Origin: Octopus sinensis
Lineage: Eukaryota
DNA: 64,000 nt
Direction: 5' to 3'
Assembly: GCF_006345805.1 (NCBI RefSeq)
Contig: NC_042997.1
Location: 108,748,001 to 108,812,000, forward strand
In this document: positions 27,638 to 41,570 of the stretch, one piece after another
How the letters are laid out: every line of letters starts with the position of its first letter
Numbering within the stretch: position 1 is the stretch's first letter
Translations under genes and position numbers: made by a program
Notes under the pieces: model-generated
What the model saw: the letters and a program-made list of their open reading frames with translations, nothing else
What the model was told of the DNA's origin: nothing
Database searches by the model: none

Positions 27638-27724
27638 ACTCACTACAGCTGTTTCAAGCGTGTTTTTATAGATGAATATAGTTATTACATAATGTAAAAA
27701 ATAACCCGTTTTCATCAGGTGAAT
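27638..27724 (-). ncRNA. Hammerhead ribozyme, type I, long stem-II insert
   Basis: auucac-CUGAUGA-aaacggg...cacgcuu-GAAAC-AGCU-GUA-gugagu. Confidence 0.8.
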
Positions 27725-28029
27725 ATATTCACGAATTAAACACGTTAAAAACATTCCGAGAGTAGAAAAACTGCCAACAACTGATGAAGGGTCGTTCTTT
27801 ATGTTGTTTGTCTTGTTTTCCATTTGTGTCTTTCATTGTTCGAAAAATAGTTCCTATTCCATGTACTCGTACTTCGTATTTTTTGTTGTACATGTTTGGT
27901 GACGCCCTGTGCCCGTGCACATATATATACGTATAGATGTATGTGCATATATGTATGTATATGTGCATATGTGTGTGCGAGTATGGTTATACAGGCGAAT
28001 ATATATATGTATATATATGTATATACACG

Positions 28030-28074
<45 letters not shown>

Positions 28075-28204
28075 CACACACACACACACATATATATATA
28101 TGTATATATATACTTGTTGTGAATAGAAACAGATATCACATTAATAATTAACTGGAGGTCATGAAAATACGCGGGGAGATACGGATTAAACTAATTAATT
28201 ATCA

Positions 28205-28346
28205 ATATATTGGTGGCTAACCGCACCATTTCATCAGACAATATCCAGTCACTGATTGGCATGATTAAAACTAACTTTGATCATTGATCTTGCCGATAAA
28301 TAGGCTGGATATTGTCTCATGAAATGGCGCTTTTAGGCAATAATAT
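28205..28346. repeat. Imperfect foldback / MITE-like hairpin
   Basis: ccatttcatcagacaatatccag vs ctggatattgtctcatgaaatgg, with weaker pairing further out. Confidence 0.6.
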
Positions 28347-28981
28347 AAAATTGTGTAATATCACGTGACGTTATGCATTGTTGATATAAACAATTACGCT
28401 GCTGATACTCGTGTAGCCATGTTTTGAGCTGTTTATTGTTGTTGCTTTATATAAAAGGATATTTATCAGCATGAAAGAGTACGTTCGATCATAAAATTTG
28501 AACTCTAAAGGTACCTAAATCGGTTGATACAACAACAATGGAAATAGTGCATGCCAGAGAAAAAGAAACACAAACAGACAGACAGACAAACAGACAGATA
28601 GATAGATAAATAGATATATAGATAAATAGATATTATGAAAGCAAAGTAATCAAAAGGGAGTTTCTGTTTCGGATGCTAGTCTTTCTTCAGAAGAAAAGAA
28701 AAGAAAAAAATGCAAAGGGTGAGTGAAAGAAGAAAAAGTAGTTTGAAGAAGAAAACGAGCGATGGTTAGGACCTGGAAGAAATGTTGTTCCAGTGGGAGC
28801 TGGAAAGAAAGGAGAGGAGGGGTATTTGTGGACGTAGAGGAGTGTAGACGTGTACTGAGATACGCATATGATGAGAGAGGTGCGTGTATGTGATAGAATG
28901 TTACTCGAGGAAGATTTTGCTTGCTATTTGGAAATTACATCTCAGATTAAATCTCTGATTTCTTCCACTTCACTCTCTCTC

Positions 28982-29066
<85 letters not shown>

Positions 29067-30199
29067 GATGTATACCCATCTCTTATTCCTTTCTCACTGT
29101 CAATTTCTCTCTCTCTCTTCATCTCACTGTCATTGATTTCTTCCTTAATCTCCATCGCTTCGCCCTTTCTTTCTTTCACTCTCACCACCTCTTTCTCTCC
29201 CTTTTCTTCTTCTCATTATCAGTTCTTCACTTTTCACCCCTTACATCAAACATATTGAACTGACTTCAAATCTGCCAGACACCATTTTTAACTTTCGAAC
29301 TATCTCCATTATTTTAAGAATTATCCAAATTGTTTCAAGAAAGTTCTTTTAAGTTTTATACAGCACCTGGTTTTACCGTTTCCAATGACTTACCTTTATC
29401 GAATCACCTTTCGAAGTATTGTCTGTTGTCTATGTGTCTATGTTTCTATATGTGTTCGTGCGTGTGCGTCAGTGTGAGTGTGCATGTGTGTGCCTGTGTG
29501 CATAAGCATGTATGTAGATATACGTGTGTTGGGGCCAGCATATGTATGCAAGTGCGTCAAATGTATGTTTATGTATGTGGATATATGGGAGCATTTACAC
29601 GCTTGTATGCATCTGTATGTATCCACGTACACACACACACACACAAACATATATATATATATATATTATATATATATACACACATACAAACATATATAAA
29701 TATGTGTGTGAGCATTTATTTGTATGTGTAGGCATCTGCTATATGTATGTATATATATATATAGATAGATATACACATGCAGTTATATATTTAAATGTGT
29801 ATGTGTGCGTATCCACTTTATATATATGTATGTATTACATACATATATATGTGTGTGTACGTGTGTATGTGTTTATATCCATTAGCTTATCTTTATTGCC
29901 ATGTTAGGAATAATTTCAGAGAAGGAAAAAAGCACAACCTAAAAGCAAACCGAAAACAACAACAAAAAGCAAAGCGTCTGTATCACCAGTAATGTTTTAT
30001 AGCCGAGTGTGAAAGTGACGCTTTCTTGTCATTTTCGCATTCTCTTACCAGTACCAATTTATCTCGCTCCGTTTTAACTTTGAATATACTGCAGCTCTAA
30101 CCGCAAACGTATAAAACATCATCATATTTTTTTTATAGCATATTTCGCTAGCATCACATTCGCCAGGCACACACACACAATACATTCATATGTACGTAC

Positions 30200-30268
<69 letters not shown>

Positions 30269-30929
30269 AGCATACACATATATGTATGTACAAGTATACA
30301 TATATATGCATACATACATATATGCATAAATATATATATACATACACACACATGTGTATTTATTCACACACACACTCACGTATATTCTTTTTCTTTTAAA
30401 ACTTTTCGCCATTAATTTAATCTCCTATTCAATTCGACTGATTAAATCATTTTTTTTCTTGTTTTGTTTCTCTTTAAAAGTTTACTTGTAAATATCACTG
30501 TGTGTTGACACGTTTTCTATGTTGAGAATGGGCAGAGAAAAAGCTTCGCTTTACCATGCCAGTGTGTATGATAAAATATGAAACACCTACACTTTGTTGT
30601 CATATATATATATATATATTTAACCACGTGACTTCCAATGGATTACGGCCATCTCGCAACCTTCTTACGTAGACACCTCACATCACACATCCTTCACATC
30701 CTTCACATCCTTGCAATTGATTACTATGTGGACAGTTAGCCGAGTCCGTAAGAGGAGCTTCCTATGTTAGCTGCACGATTCTCTGAATCTACATCTTATA
30801 TTACTCATTTCTAAATTTAATACATCCCCATTTTTCGCCCGGGCACAAGTACAGAAAATATTTAATAGGTTAGTTACTCAGCTTCTAAATATGTCTGGTG
30901 TTATATCAGAGGTCATAATGCCGCGATGT

Positions 30930-31390
30930 TGAATAGAAGAGAAATGCAAATAGCTAGTCAACAAAGATATTTCAACTGTAAGTTTCGTGAGAAGTGTCCC
31001 CTATACGGTAACTGCCTGGCAAAGTCGATAGTATACTGTGAAGAGAACGAATCAAACAGCAGTAATCAACCTAAAGCTTATAAAGAAACGGGACTCGCGT
31101 TCAAAAGTCGTTATTACAAGCATAAACATTCATTTGTCAGCTCCGGCGGAAAATTTGTCATAGCTTTGTCAAAGTTTATATAGCGTGAGACAAATCGTCA
31201 TGAATTCAAAATTATCTGGTCTACAGTAGATAATGTGCAGGAATGGGAGCATCAAATCAAAGATGCAGCGTGACCTTTGTGCGAAAAACTGAGAATCTTT
31301 ACTCAAACGCTTCAATAGTTTGAACAAAAGAAGTGAACTGCTAACGCCTTGTATGTACGCGGCTAAGTATCTTTTATGCAAATACAAGTC
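30930..31390 (+). pseudogene. Decayed PLE GIY-YIG C-terminal domain
   Basis: NCKFREKCPLYGNCLAKSIVY...FKSRYYKHKHSF...LSKFI...IIWS...LNKRSELLTPC..AKYLL. Confidence 0.8.
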
Positions 31391-32002
31391 TCCTTGAATT
31401 TAGTTCTGGTTCAGAGAAAAAAGCGTTGATTTTTCGAAATCTTTAATTAATTTTAGGTTTTATTAATATATGTTTTAATATATCAGTAAATGGATGCGTA
31501 TATATATATTTCTATATGTGAGTATATATATATAATATATATATATAATATATATATATATATAATATTATATATATATATATATATAAAGACATAGATG
31601 GATCTGAATATATGTATGCTTATATGTATACGTGAATACACATATGTCTATATATGTCTATATGTGTGTACATGTGTGTATATGTATGCGTCTGCACAGG
31701 CGCATTCAAAAGGAACACCCGCATACACACTCATTGTTTCCAAAAACATTAATTATAAGTATTAATTAAAAGTGTTACTTAAAAGTATTATTTTGGAACA
31801 TTGCTTAAACCGCAAAACGTTCATTTCATACTTCAAAATATATTCAGATAGGAGATGTTTTCTAAAAAAAAACAATCAGACTCGGTTTACCAGCTGATGA
31901 TTGGCAAGGAGTGAGCAAATCAGTGGAGAGAAATTAACATCTCTGAGTACTGTAAATCGGAAACTTACAGTTATAATGTGTGTATGTATGTATAAAGGGT
32001 AA

Positions 32003-32304
32003 AAACCGCTTCGGTCATGAATGACCATGGGTTTGTACCTAGAAAGTTACTCTCCGAGGAACGAGTAAGATTGATTATGGAAGACCAGCAGCCACCCATG
32101 CATACAAGACTCCTCTCTCCACGCCACTGATTTTATCCAAGGGGCCGATACAGCTTGGCACCTGTGACATCGCAAATCATTTCTACAGCTGAGTGAAATA
32201 AAGTGTCTAGCTCAAAAAAACAACACACAACCTGATCCGGGAATCGAACTCACTACTTCATGATTGTAAGCCTGACTCTCTAACCACTGAGCCATGCGCC
32301 TTCA
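32003..32304 (-). mobile_element. tRNA-derived SINE (family D)
   Basis: Minus head ggcgcatggctcagtggttagag...gagttcgattccc. Confidence 0.75.
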
Positions 32305-32441
32305 CATATATATATATGTATGAATATATGTGTATATATATATATATATGTATATATGTGTGTGCGTATATATATATATATATATGTGTGTATATACATA
32401 TATATGTGTATATATATATATATAGACACACACACACACAC

Positions 32442-32516
<75 letters not shown>

Positions 32517-32663
32517 GTATGCATATATAAACGTACACACATACACTTCACACCCATAATCCCACACGTACATATATGCGTTGTTAAGAACGAACAGAGG
32601 AAAAAAACGTAATTTAGTTTACTCTGTTGTATTTTTGTAATTGAATTTCCTACGTACATATAA

Positions 32664-32982
32664 CTGGTACTCCGTCGGTTGCGACAACGTGGGTTCCAGT
32701 TGATCCGATCAACGGAACAGCTTGCTCGTGAGATTAACATGCAAGTGGCTGAGCGCTTCACAGACACGAGTACCTCTAGCCTAGTTCTAGATTCAGCGTG
32801 ACACAATGTAACATGGCTGTCCCTTTGAAATACAGAACCAATTCCTTTTTGCTAGTTGAGTGGATTGGAGCAACGTAAAATAAAGTATCTTGCCGAAGGA
32901 CACAGTGCAGCACCGGGAAGTGAACTCTGGACCTTACGATCGTGAGCGGAATACCCTAACCAGTGGGCCACGCGTCTTCACC
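32664..32982 (-). mobile_element. tRNA-derived SINE (related to D/C)
   Basis: Minus head gcgtggcccactggttaggg...gagttcacttccc, then tgtgtccttcggcaagatacttt core. Confidence 0.7.
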
Positions 32983-33556
32983 TGTATTTCTCTTCTGAAG
33001 ACGTTGAACATAACTGGAAAAAAAACCCCAAACAAAACAGAAGAAAAAACAGAAAAACGCTAACAATCTGGTGAAATTGAAGATGGTTGAAACGAGTGAT
33101 GCGAGGTTGAAATGCAAATTAAAGCCAGACTGTGTTCACAGATAAATGCGGGAAGGAGGACAATTCACGGGTACGAGTCCTTCATGGCAGGTGTTTAACA
33201 TCTGACGGACGAAAAGGTGGAAACGCCATTCACGGTTTACTGATCAGAATGGGAAAGGTGGTGGTGGTGGGGGTGGGCGGGTGGTGGAGATTGATATAAT
33301 TGTAAAAATAGGGAGGAAGGGTAATTTGGCTGTGGGGTTAAGGAGCTCGCTTTGGAACCATGTGGTTTGTGGTTCAGTTCCTCAGCACGGCACCTTGGGT
33401 CGACAAATGCCTAGTGAATTCGCTAGTTAGAAACTGTATGGACGCCTGTCTCACACACACACACAGAGGTTAGAGATAGGTGTTCTCTATATAGAATATA
33501 CTTCGAAGTGCTCAAGAGATTTGAATTTCAGCTGGTATATATATATATATATATAT

Positions 33557-34025
33557 ATCATCATCATTACCATCGTTTAACGACCGCTTTCCATGCTAGC
33601 ATGGGTTGGACGATTTGACTGAGGGCTGGCGAACCCGATGGCTGCACTAGGCTCCAATCTTGATCTGGCAGAGTTTCTACAGCTGGATGCCCTTCCTAAC
33701 ACCAATCACTCCGAGAGTGTAGTGGGTGCTTTTTACGTGCCACCGGCACGGGGGCCAGTCAGTCGGTACTGGCAACGACCTCGCTCGAATGTTTTCACAA
33801 GTGCCAGTAAGGCGATGCTGCTAATGATCACGCTCGAATGGTGCCCTTTTACGTGTCATCGGTCATCGGCACGGAAGCCAGTTGGCTGCTCTGGCAACGA
33901 TCACGCTCGGATGGTGCTCTTAGCACCCTACTAGCACGGGGTACAAGTGCCAGTAAGGCAACGCTGGTATCGATCACACTCGTATGGTGCTCTTTGCACC
34001 CCGCTAGCACGGATGCCAGTCATCG
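33557..34025 (-). mobile_element. Non-autonomous retroelement with RTE-like 3' end, (ATG)n tail and internal imperfect tandem units
   Basis: catcatcat...tttaacgaccgctttccatgctagcatggg...ggatgcccttcct; repeated gtgccagtaaggc...cacgctcgaatg modules at 33760-34020. Confidence 0.6.
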
Positions 34026-35154
34026 AATTTGATATATATACACGAGCGTGTATATGTGCCTTTGTGGTTGTGTTTGTTCTGCACTACCACTTGGTAACAG
34101 GTGTGGGTTTGTTTATGACCCTGCAACTTATAGATTCGACTGACAGAATAAGTTCTAGACTTGAAAATAAATGCTGAGACCTATCTGTTCGAGTAAAATT
34201 CTTCAAAGCAGTGCTCCAGTATGGCCAGTGTTCAAGGAGTGAAAGAAGTAAATGATAAAGAAAAAAAGATGTGATAATTGAAGTAAAGAATTAAAAAAAA
34301 AGTGGAGGGAATGAATCAGGGTAACACTGAATGAGAATAATAAAGGGTAGGAAGAGGTTAGAGGAAGACTTCAAGTGGGGAAAGTTTGGTGAGTTTTAGG
34401 AAGGTGGGTCGTACACATTTGAACCGAACGAACGATTCATTGGAACACAACGAGGCCCAAGGGTGATACAAGTGACACAATTTAAATAGAAGTCCCGTGA
34501 AGGAGTTGACTTCATTCTAATCGATTCATCTTCATAATCGTCATCAACAACAGCAACGAAAACCTATTGGCATTACTGACTCGAGTCCTAGGGCTCATAA
34601 TGCCGCTTACCCGGTTACCATGGAGTATCAATGACTAAGATCACAACGCCGACTTGAAGGGGACGCCACTCTATCATCGGGTTTATTCATTTACAGCTGA
34701 ATGAACAGGAACAACATAAAATGAAGCAAAGATTGCCAACATAACATGGCAGCCCTGGTTTAGGACATCGTCCCCAGCTGGCTATACGACACGATCTGTA
34801 TCCTTACATTTTCGAACAAGGAATCTAACACCCCCACTCAGCTCAAAACAATATGTGTACCGCGATTTCTGGGTTATTTCCCTTTATAAAAAGAAGCATT
34901 TTGCTTAAGAATACGATGCACCACCCAGTTCGTGAATCGAAATCACAATCTTGCGATTGTGTAACTCTCTAACCACTAGACCACGCGCCTTCACTATTTC
35001 TGTTTGATCGGTGGATTTGAATAAGGAAATTAGAATCGGTCCCTGTGTTGGAAAAGGCTTATCAGGTTATTCATGCAATGGGAAAGGAACGTGAAGGAGA
35101 GAATCCGATAAAGAATGATAATTGAAGGATAGCAGGAAACTAATGATTCACATG

Positions 35155-35232
35155 TGAAGGATCGCTTAGCTTAATAGTCCAGAGCCCTGAGCTGTAATTC
35201 GGGAGGTTCTGGGTTCGACTCTCTGTAGCAGC
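35155..35232 (+). mobile_element. tRNA-like SINE head
   Basis: A-box tagcttaatag, B-box ggttcgactc; no complete cloverleaf. Confidence 0.45.
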
Positions 35233-35745
35233 TTGTTCACTATCAATGTTTCACATATTGTGGAGAAAAAACCCTGATATAACAAAGGGACTGAGTGAGA
35301 ATTCATTATATAACCCAAAGTAGGGTTGGACTGATATAATTTGAGCAGATACTGGTGCAAGAGGCGAAAAAGTCTCATAGTGTTTAAACAATTCATGAAA
35401 TTGTTGATAATTTTCTATGATTAACCCATGATTAATTATGGTTATTAATTTGGTTAACGTTTACTCAAATTCATCCCCACTGCATTGTGCGAACGCGCAT
35501 TTATAAGCATGTAAATATCTTGAGAGTCTTTCAGAAATTCTATTAATGATCTTCTCATTGGTCCACAGAATAGACAAGGATTCCTCAGAACAGAGTCTGC
35601 ATCTTCTGGAAAGGGTATTATGTGGCTGAACCAAGTTAGATCATATTCAATTCTATCTTCCTTACATTGCCACAGAAAATCAACTAAAGATGTTGAACCC
35701 GGAACCACATGGTTGGTAAGCAAGCTACTTACCACACAGCCACTC

Positions 35746-35830
<85 letters not shown>

Positions 35831-36387
35831 AATTATATCAGAAGAGTTTAAATTTAAACTGAGGGATGAAACAGTAGTTTTTAGTTGACTACAAATATAA
35901 ATACATTTACATTAAGTTTAGAAAAAAAATGTTGACAGTAACTTCGAAGTTTTCACCTTCCTCACCTTCTTAATAACGTACACACACACAGACACACTCG
36001 CATGCGTGCGCATATCTATATGCATAAGTAAATGAATGTGCTTGTGAATACGTATATCCTTGCCAAATCGCTTCTTAATATATGTCGGTCGGTTTTGCTT
36101 TTTTATATTTGAAAATTGAACTCCACCTCCTGCTCAGTGAGCATCCCCACCACCAATCCTCCTCGGTGACTAAACAACCGAAACAGCTGGCTTTCATTTT
36201 GATTGCCCAATCATAATTGAGATAAATGTTGGAATATTTGTACAACTGGGACCAATATTTTTCGGTTTCCATCTTTATTTCATATATTTTCAAATATATA
36301 TTTATGAAAAAGGAATGTATATGTATATGCATGCATGCATACATATTTACCTACCTACATACATAATGCATACAGATACATATATGA

Positions 36388-36453
<66 letters not shown>

Positions 36454-36565
36454 CGAGGTTAAGAAAGAACTTACTAGATCTACAAAGCAAACTGTAAAAT
36501 TATATTATTAAAGAATTAAATTGATTAAAACTATCAGTGAGGTCATTCTTTTCCTTTTTCAAATA

Positions 36566-37250
36566 TACGTGTTCTGATCAATAAGTATCCGGACTATTGC
36601 CATAATAACGAAGCTAAAGCCTGCATAATGAAGCCGCTTGGCACAAATTGACTATAAACTCTTCTGTGCATTTGTACTAAGTTTTGATTTTGTAGCTCAC
36701 TTCTACTGTTTACAGCAGTGCTTGGAAGAACTGTGTATAGAGTGTGATCGTCACATTGACCATGACAGAAAGTTGAGCCGAGAATCTGCGTCAAATTTTG
36801 CCAAAAGCTTGACGATACCTGTTCAGATGTCTACGCAAAGATTTCAAAAAGATTTCATCGTTCTCGACACAATGAAGGAGACCTTGTGCAACTGAAACCC
36901 GAGTGTCTTCTTGGTTAGCTGAAAGCAGTTCTGGCACAAACTTGGTAGACACGCGTCTCATACCCAAATCTTCAACCATAATAGAATGAACTGAACCATA
37001 ACTAATCTGCACATCCTCTGATAACTCACGGATGGGGATTCGACGATTTCCCTTCACAGCTGCACCCACATCCGCGATATCTTGCTCAGTTCTGCTGGTT
37101 GCAGCCCTCCCAGAACGTTTGTCAATATCGACGTTTTTTCGGCCATCTTGGAAACATCTGAAACACTCGTACACTTGTATGCAGCTCATATACTCCTCAC
37201 TATACACTTTCTGCAATTTAGTGTAGGTCTCTTAGCAGGTATCGCCATGA
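36566..37250. mobile_element. Two convergent mariner fragments
   Basis: + strand TIR-like start and RICVKFCQKLDDTC up to ~36840; minus strand 37250-36843 has FQDGRKNVDIDKRSGR...IRELSE...LGMRRVSTKFVPELLS. Confidence 0.8.
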
Positions 37251-37263
37251 CAGATTTCTCTGT

Positions 37264-37315
<52 letters not shown>

Positions 37316-38235
37316 TACACACACACACATATATATATGTACATACATTGGAAGAATGAGAAAATAAATGACTTTTAATCCGGAATCTTCAAGACATCGT
37401 TTGTATTAACAAATGGCAATTTAGAGCAACATCCAAGTACAAAACTAAAGAAGATAGTCCCCCCACACTAACCCCTCCCCCCAAAAAAAAACACTGCTGT
37501 TTTGACTTTGCAAACGACTCTCTTTACTACTATCTGGTTTACCATACAGGCGACCTTTTCATTCTTACCCACAAGTTACATTTATTACTTTTCTCTCTCT
37601 GAAATCTGCTTACTTTCCTTCTTGCACACATTGTCATACATATACACACACATTACACACACACGGACGCATACAGACACACTTGTGAGCTCGTACACCT
37701 CCACATGTTAACTCATTCAAACAACATGGCCGTTCTGGCAGCTAAATGAAAACACGGTAGACTCGCTTCTATTCAAACGAGGGAGACGTTAGGCATACAT
37801 CACTTAATGTCTAATGCCATCTCTGTCTATACGGACATTCATTAATAATTGAGTTGACTTGGCAAGAAAATCAATGAGGAAATTACCTGGTCACACCATC
37901 CGCGTAGAAATCATAGTTAAGTTAGTGCTAAAATAGTGAATACAATGAATGAAAGTCAGTAAGATTGACTTAATAAAATATTTGTGACGCTGGCGTCAGG
38001 ACTGGGTGTAGATCTTTTAATACCCTAATCACAACCTAACAATATTGTCGCCCACCTTTACACCTCTTCTGCCAAAACGACAAGAGATGACAGCAATACA
38101 TGCTGTTTGGATAATATTGAATTATAAAACCCAGATTTCTCGCAGTTAGAAGCCCCTGGGTCAGACTCCCTCGTCTCACAAATCTATTTTAAATAAAACA
38201 CTGTTTGTTTGCCATTTTCTTCATTTAACATTAAA

Positions 38236-38391
38236 TAACACACTCACCGGTAAAATTTCCACTTTTTAAATTATTTTTATTGTCCCAAAATTTTCGTTGC
38301 GTATTGCAACCTTTTCAATAGTTTTGACTCTCAATAGTTTTAGGACAATAAAAATAAAAAAAAAGTGGAAATTTTGCCGGTGAGTGTGTTA
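38236..38391. mobile_element. Inverted-arm cassette with degenerate HHR-like core
   Basis: taacacactcaccggtaaaatttccac... vs ...gtggaaattttgccggtgagtgtgtta; minus core UUGAAAA-g-GUUGC-aauac-GCAAC-GAAAAUUU. Confidence 0.6.
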
Positions 38392-38574
38392 CATAATAAG
38401 GCACAAAAAGAAAATGACTCTCTCCAGACACAACAGAATATGCTTCAACACACGAACTCATATAAAGAATCTTGCAAACCAAATCCCAAAATGAAATTAA
38501 ATAACAGGGAAATACATAAACAAATTATTTGCTTTTAATTATTATCATAGGGAATTATGAAACATTCCAACACA

Positions 38575-38657
<83 letters not shown>

Positions 38658-38751
38658 GGAGCACATAAAACTTATAATGTGCGATTTGCACCAAGGTAAA
38701 TCTGGTTCTGGAAAAAACAAACAAACAGAAAGAAAAATCTGTGTCGTAGAC

Positions 38752-38813
38752 GCTTCCCTTAGCGTTCCCTTCCCCTAGCGTTCCCTTCCCTTAACGTTCC
38801 CTTCCCTTAGCGT
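38752..38813. repeat. 16-bp minisatellite (cttcccttagcgttcc), about 4 copies
   Basis: Directly visible. Confidence 0.85.
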
Positions 38814-38969
38814 CCGATAAATACCGGAGGGATGTAGTTCCATAGATCAATTTTATTAATCGATCGATCCAAGGTAGATCCCCCCCCCAAAAAAAAATAG
38901 AGAACAAATAGAGAACAAATCATGCTTCGCTATCTTCAGAGCCACAGTGAACTGAAAGTAGGGAATTTG

Positions 38970-39009
<40 letters not shown>

Positions 39010-39141
39010 AGATAATGGTGTCATTGAGACCCAAAGGTGGCAGGTAATGCTGAATAAGTGCTATAGATAGACCATAGTTAAGTTCCAGATTCGGTAATAT
39101 TGCGAATAAAGGGTTCAACGTTGGTTCTATGTCAGCGAGTG

Positions 39142-39518
39142 TATATAAGAATTTTTTGCGTAATAAGATAAAAAAAACCCAAGGCTGTGTAGATATTAGA
39201 ACATTTATAGATAGAAGGTCTTACAGCTGTTTGGACTTTACTCATAGGATATTGGAATATTGCATGTATACCAATATGCATAAAATGGATTTACAACTTC
39301 AATACCCATACATATCTTGCATCTATTTTCTTTCCTCCACCTCACTCTCTATTTTGTATCACATCTAAACTTACTATGACCATCCTCTCACACCATCTCC
39401 GATGAAGGAATATAATTAATAAATATCATAGAAACAGCTGTAAGACCTATCTATAAATGTTCTAATATCTACACAGCCTTGGTTTTTTATCTTATTACGC
39501 AAAAAATTATTCTTATAT
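39142..39518 (+). mobile_element. Non-coding inverted-arm cassette with hammerhead
   Basis: Arms 39142-39231 and 39432-39518 are near reverse complements; HHR ucu-CCGAUGA-aggaauau...auaucaua-GAAAC-AGCU-GUA-aga at 39396-39445. Confidence 0.75.
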
Positions 39519-39522
39519 ATAT

Positions 39523-39802
39523 ATGGTTCCGGGTTCAGTCCCACTGCGTGTTTGTCCCCCCACCATCGCTTGACAATCGATGTTAGTGTGTTTACGTCCC
39601 TGTAACTTAGCGGTTCGGCAAAAGAGAGTAATAGAATAAGTACTATCCTTAAATCCTTTAAAATGTTTTAGCCCGAAGGCCGCGGCCATGCTGGGGCGCC
39701 ACAGCTTACAAAGAATATGTCCTGGGGTCGATTTGTTCGACTAAACGCAGTGCTCCAGCATGACCGCGTTCAAATGACTGAAACAAATAAAGAAATAAAA
39801 GA
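39523..39802 (+). mobile_element. SINE family A, internally deleted
   Basis: Head motif joined directly to the 3' half. Confidence 0.8.
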
Positions 39803-40179
39803 ATGTGAGTGTGTATTCAGTGACAAGAGAGGATAAAGGACTGACCTTGGTGAGTATAAGCCGTGATGGCACAAAGTTAGCGAACCTTTCTTTAATTTTC
39901 CCAGAAATGATAGAATAAAGTACCAGTAATAAGCTGAGGTAGATTTAGTCGTCTGTAACCTACTTTAGCCTTTGTAATTAATTTGTGATTATGTTAGGAG
40001 CGGATCTTTTAACAGAGGAGATACATTCAGCTCTTACTTAACGTGGTTGCGTTTGCATTACAGAAGCGATAAATGAAAATACCCGTGGCATACTGAGGGT
40101 AGTTCAGTTGACTAAATCCCAATCAAAGTGAGGAATGATTAATTTACATTAAAGAAAGCTCTTGCGTTTTGCGTCTGCG

Positions 40180-40746
40180 GCGTTTGCATGACCTGTCTGG
40201 AAGAAATCAGCCCATGTTAAGAAACCTGACCCAGCACGCAACGCAACTACTGCTTGGGTCACTGGCTACACGAAACTCGCCAACACAAACAACCTGCACC
40301 ACCACGCTGGCATTGCCCCTACCGGTATCAGATGGGGTGTGGCCTGTCCAGTCTAAACAACAAAGGCTACTAGTGATGAACGCTGCCTCCTGCCCAGCGA
40401 TTGAAGTCAAAGAGAAGCTTCCTCAGTCGTATTCAGCTTTTAACAACATAGAAAGAAACGAGATACCATTTCTGGATGGAATCGCTTGAGAGCGATTCTC
40501 CCCCAAGTGACATAGGAACCGCCTCTCTCATGTCCTCCGTTCTGGCTCAGAAGCACCATGGACTCACTCACCCGAGAACGAGAACGGGATAACCAAAAGT
40601 TACTTTAACCAAATGGGGCTATCCAAGACCGGCCCAACCATCTGTTAATTTGGACAAGCAGACCATGCTTTCAAGCACTGCCTTATCCTCCTTCTTCTAC
40701 CAAAGACTTGTAGCTCAAGAGACTTGCAGAATTCAATAATAATAAT
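40180..40746 (+). mobile_element. RTEX-like LINE 3' fragment with (AAT)n tail
   Basis: TGYTKLANTNNLHHHAGIAPTGIR, later W..L...R...KW-like segment. Confidence 0.55.
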
Positions 40747-40770
40747 TCAAAGCAGTGAGAGATTGTTATG

Positions 40771-40850
40771 GAACCATTTATACTTTGAAGAACCATTTAT
40801 ACTTTGAAGAACCATTTATACTTTGAAGAACCATTTATACTTTTGAAGAA
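40771..40850. repeat. 19-bp minisatellite gaaccatttatactttgaa, 4 copies
   Basis: Directly visible, no spacers. Confidence 0.9.
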
Positions 40851-41039
40851 TTGAAAGTTAATGATTATGCTAAATATAGTTGGTGAATCTCCCTCAAAGC
40901 TCACCATCTTAAACAGTGAAGGAACTCGCGTATAATGTAACCCATAGAATAGACGGGAAGGACATGGTTGGAATGCTTTAGAGCGTAGGTCTTGTTGAAC
41001 CGACCTAGAGCGAAACAACATCGACAGCACTAACAGGAT

Positions 41040-41112
41040 AATCGTCATACCATCATCATCACCATCATCTTCATCATCATCATCATCATCCTCATCAATC
41101 ATCCTCATCACT

Positions 41113-41174
<62 letters not shown>

Positions 41175-41215
41175 CATCCTCCTCCTCATCATCCTCATGA
41201 ATCATCATCATCACT

Positions 41216-41259
<44 letters not shown>

Positions 41260-41297
41260 AATAATCATCATCATCATTATCATCATCATCATCATCG

Positions 41298-41341
<44 letters not shown>

Positions 41342-41479
41342 GTCGTCATCATCATCCTCGTCATAATCCTCATCATCATCACCACCATCATCATCATCAT
41401 CGTCGTCATCATCGTCATCATCATCATCATCATCATCGTCATAATCATCATTATCATCATCATCATCATCATCACCACC

Positions 41480-41511
<32 letters not shown>

Positions 41512-41530
41512 CGTCATCGTCATCATCATT

Positions 41531-41570
<40 letters not shown>

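Noticed and set aside
27781-27855. CUGAUGA...CGAAA on the plus strand (also 45499, 18365, 5320, 11245)
   Set aside because: I could not build consistent stems I-III, so they are not counted as ribozymes
35855-35882. HHR-like ctgagggatgaaacagta
   Set aside because: No room for stem II; likely chance
40771-40850. CRISPR-like short repeats (also 9771-10305 and 38752-38813)
   Set aside because: No unique spacers and no cas genes; these are plain tandem repeats in eukaryotic DNA
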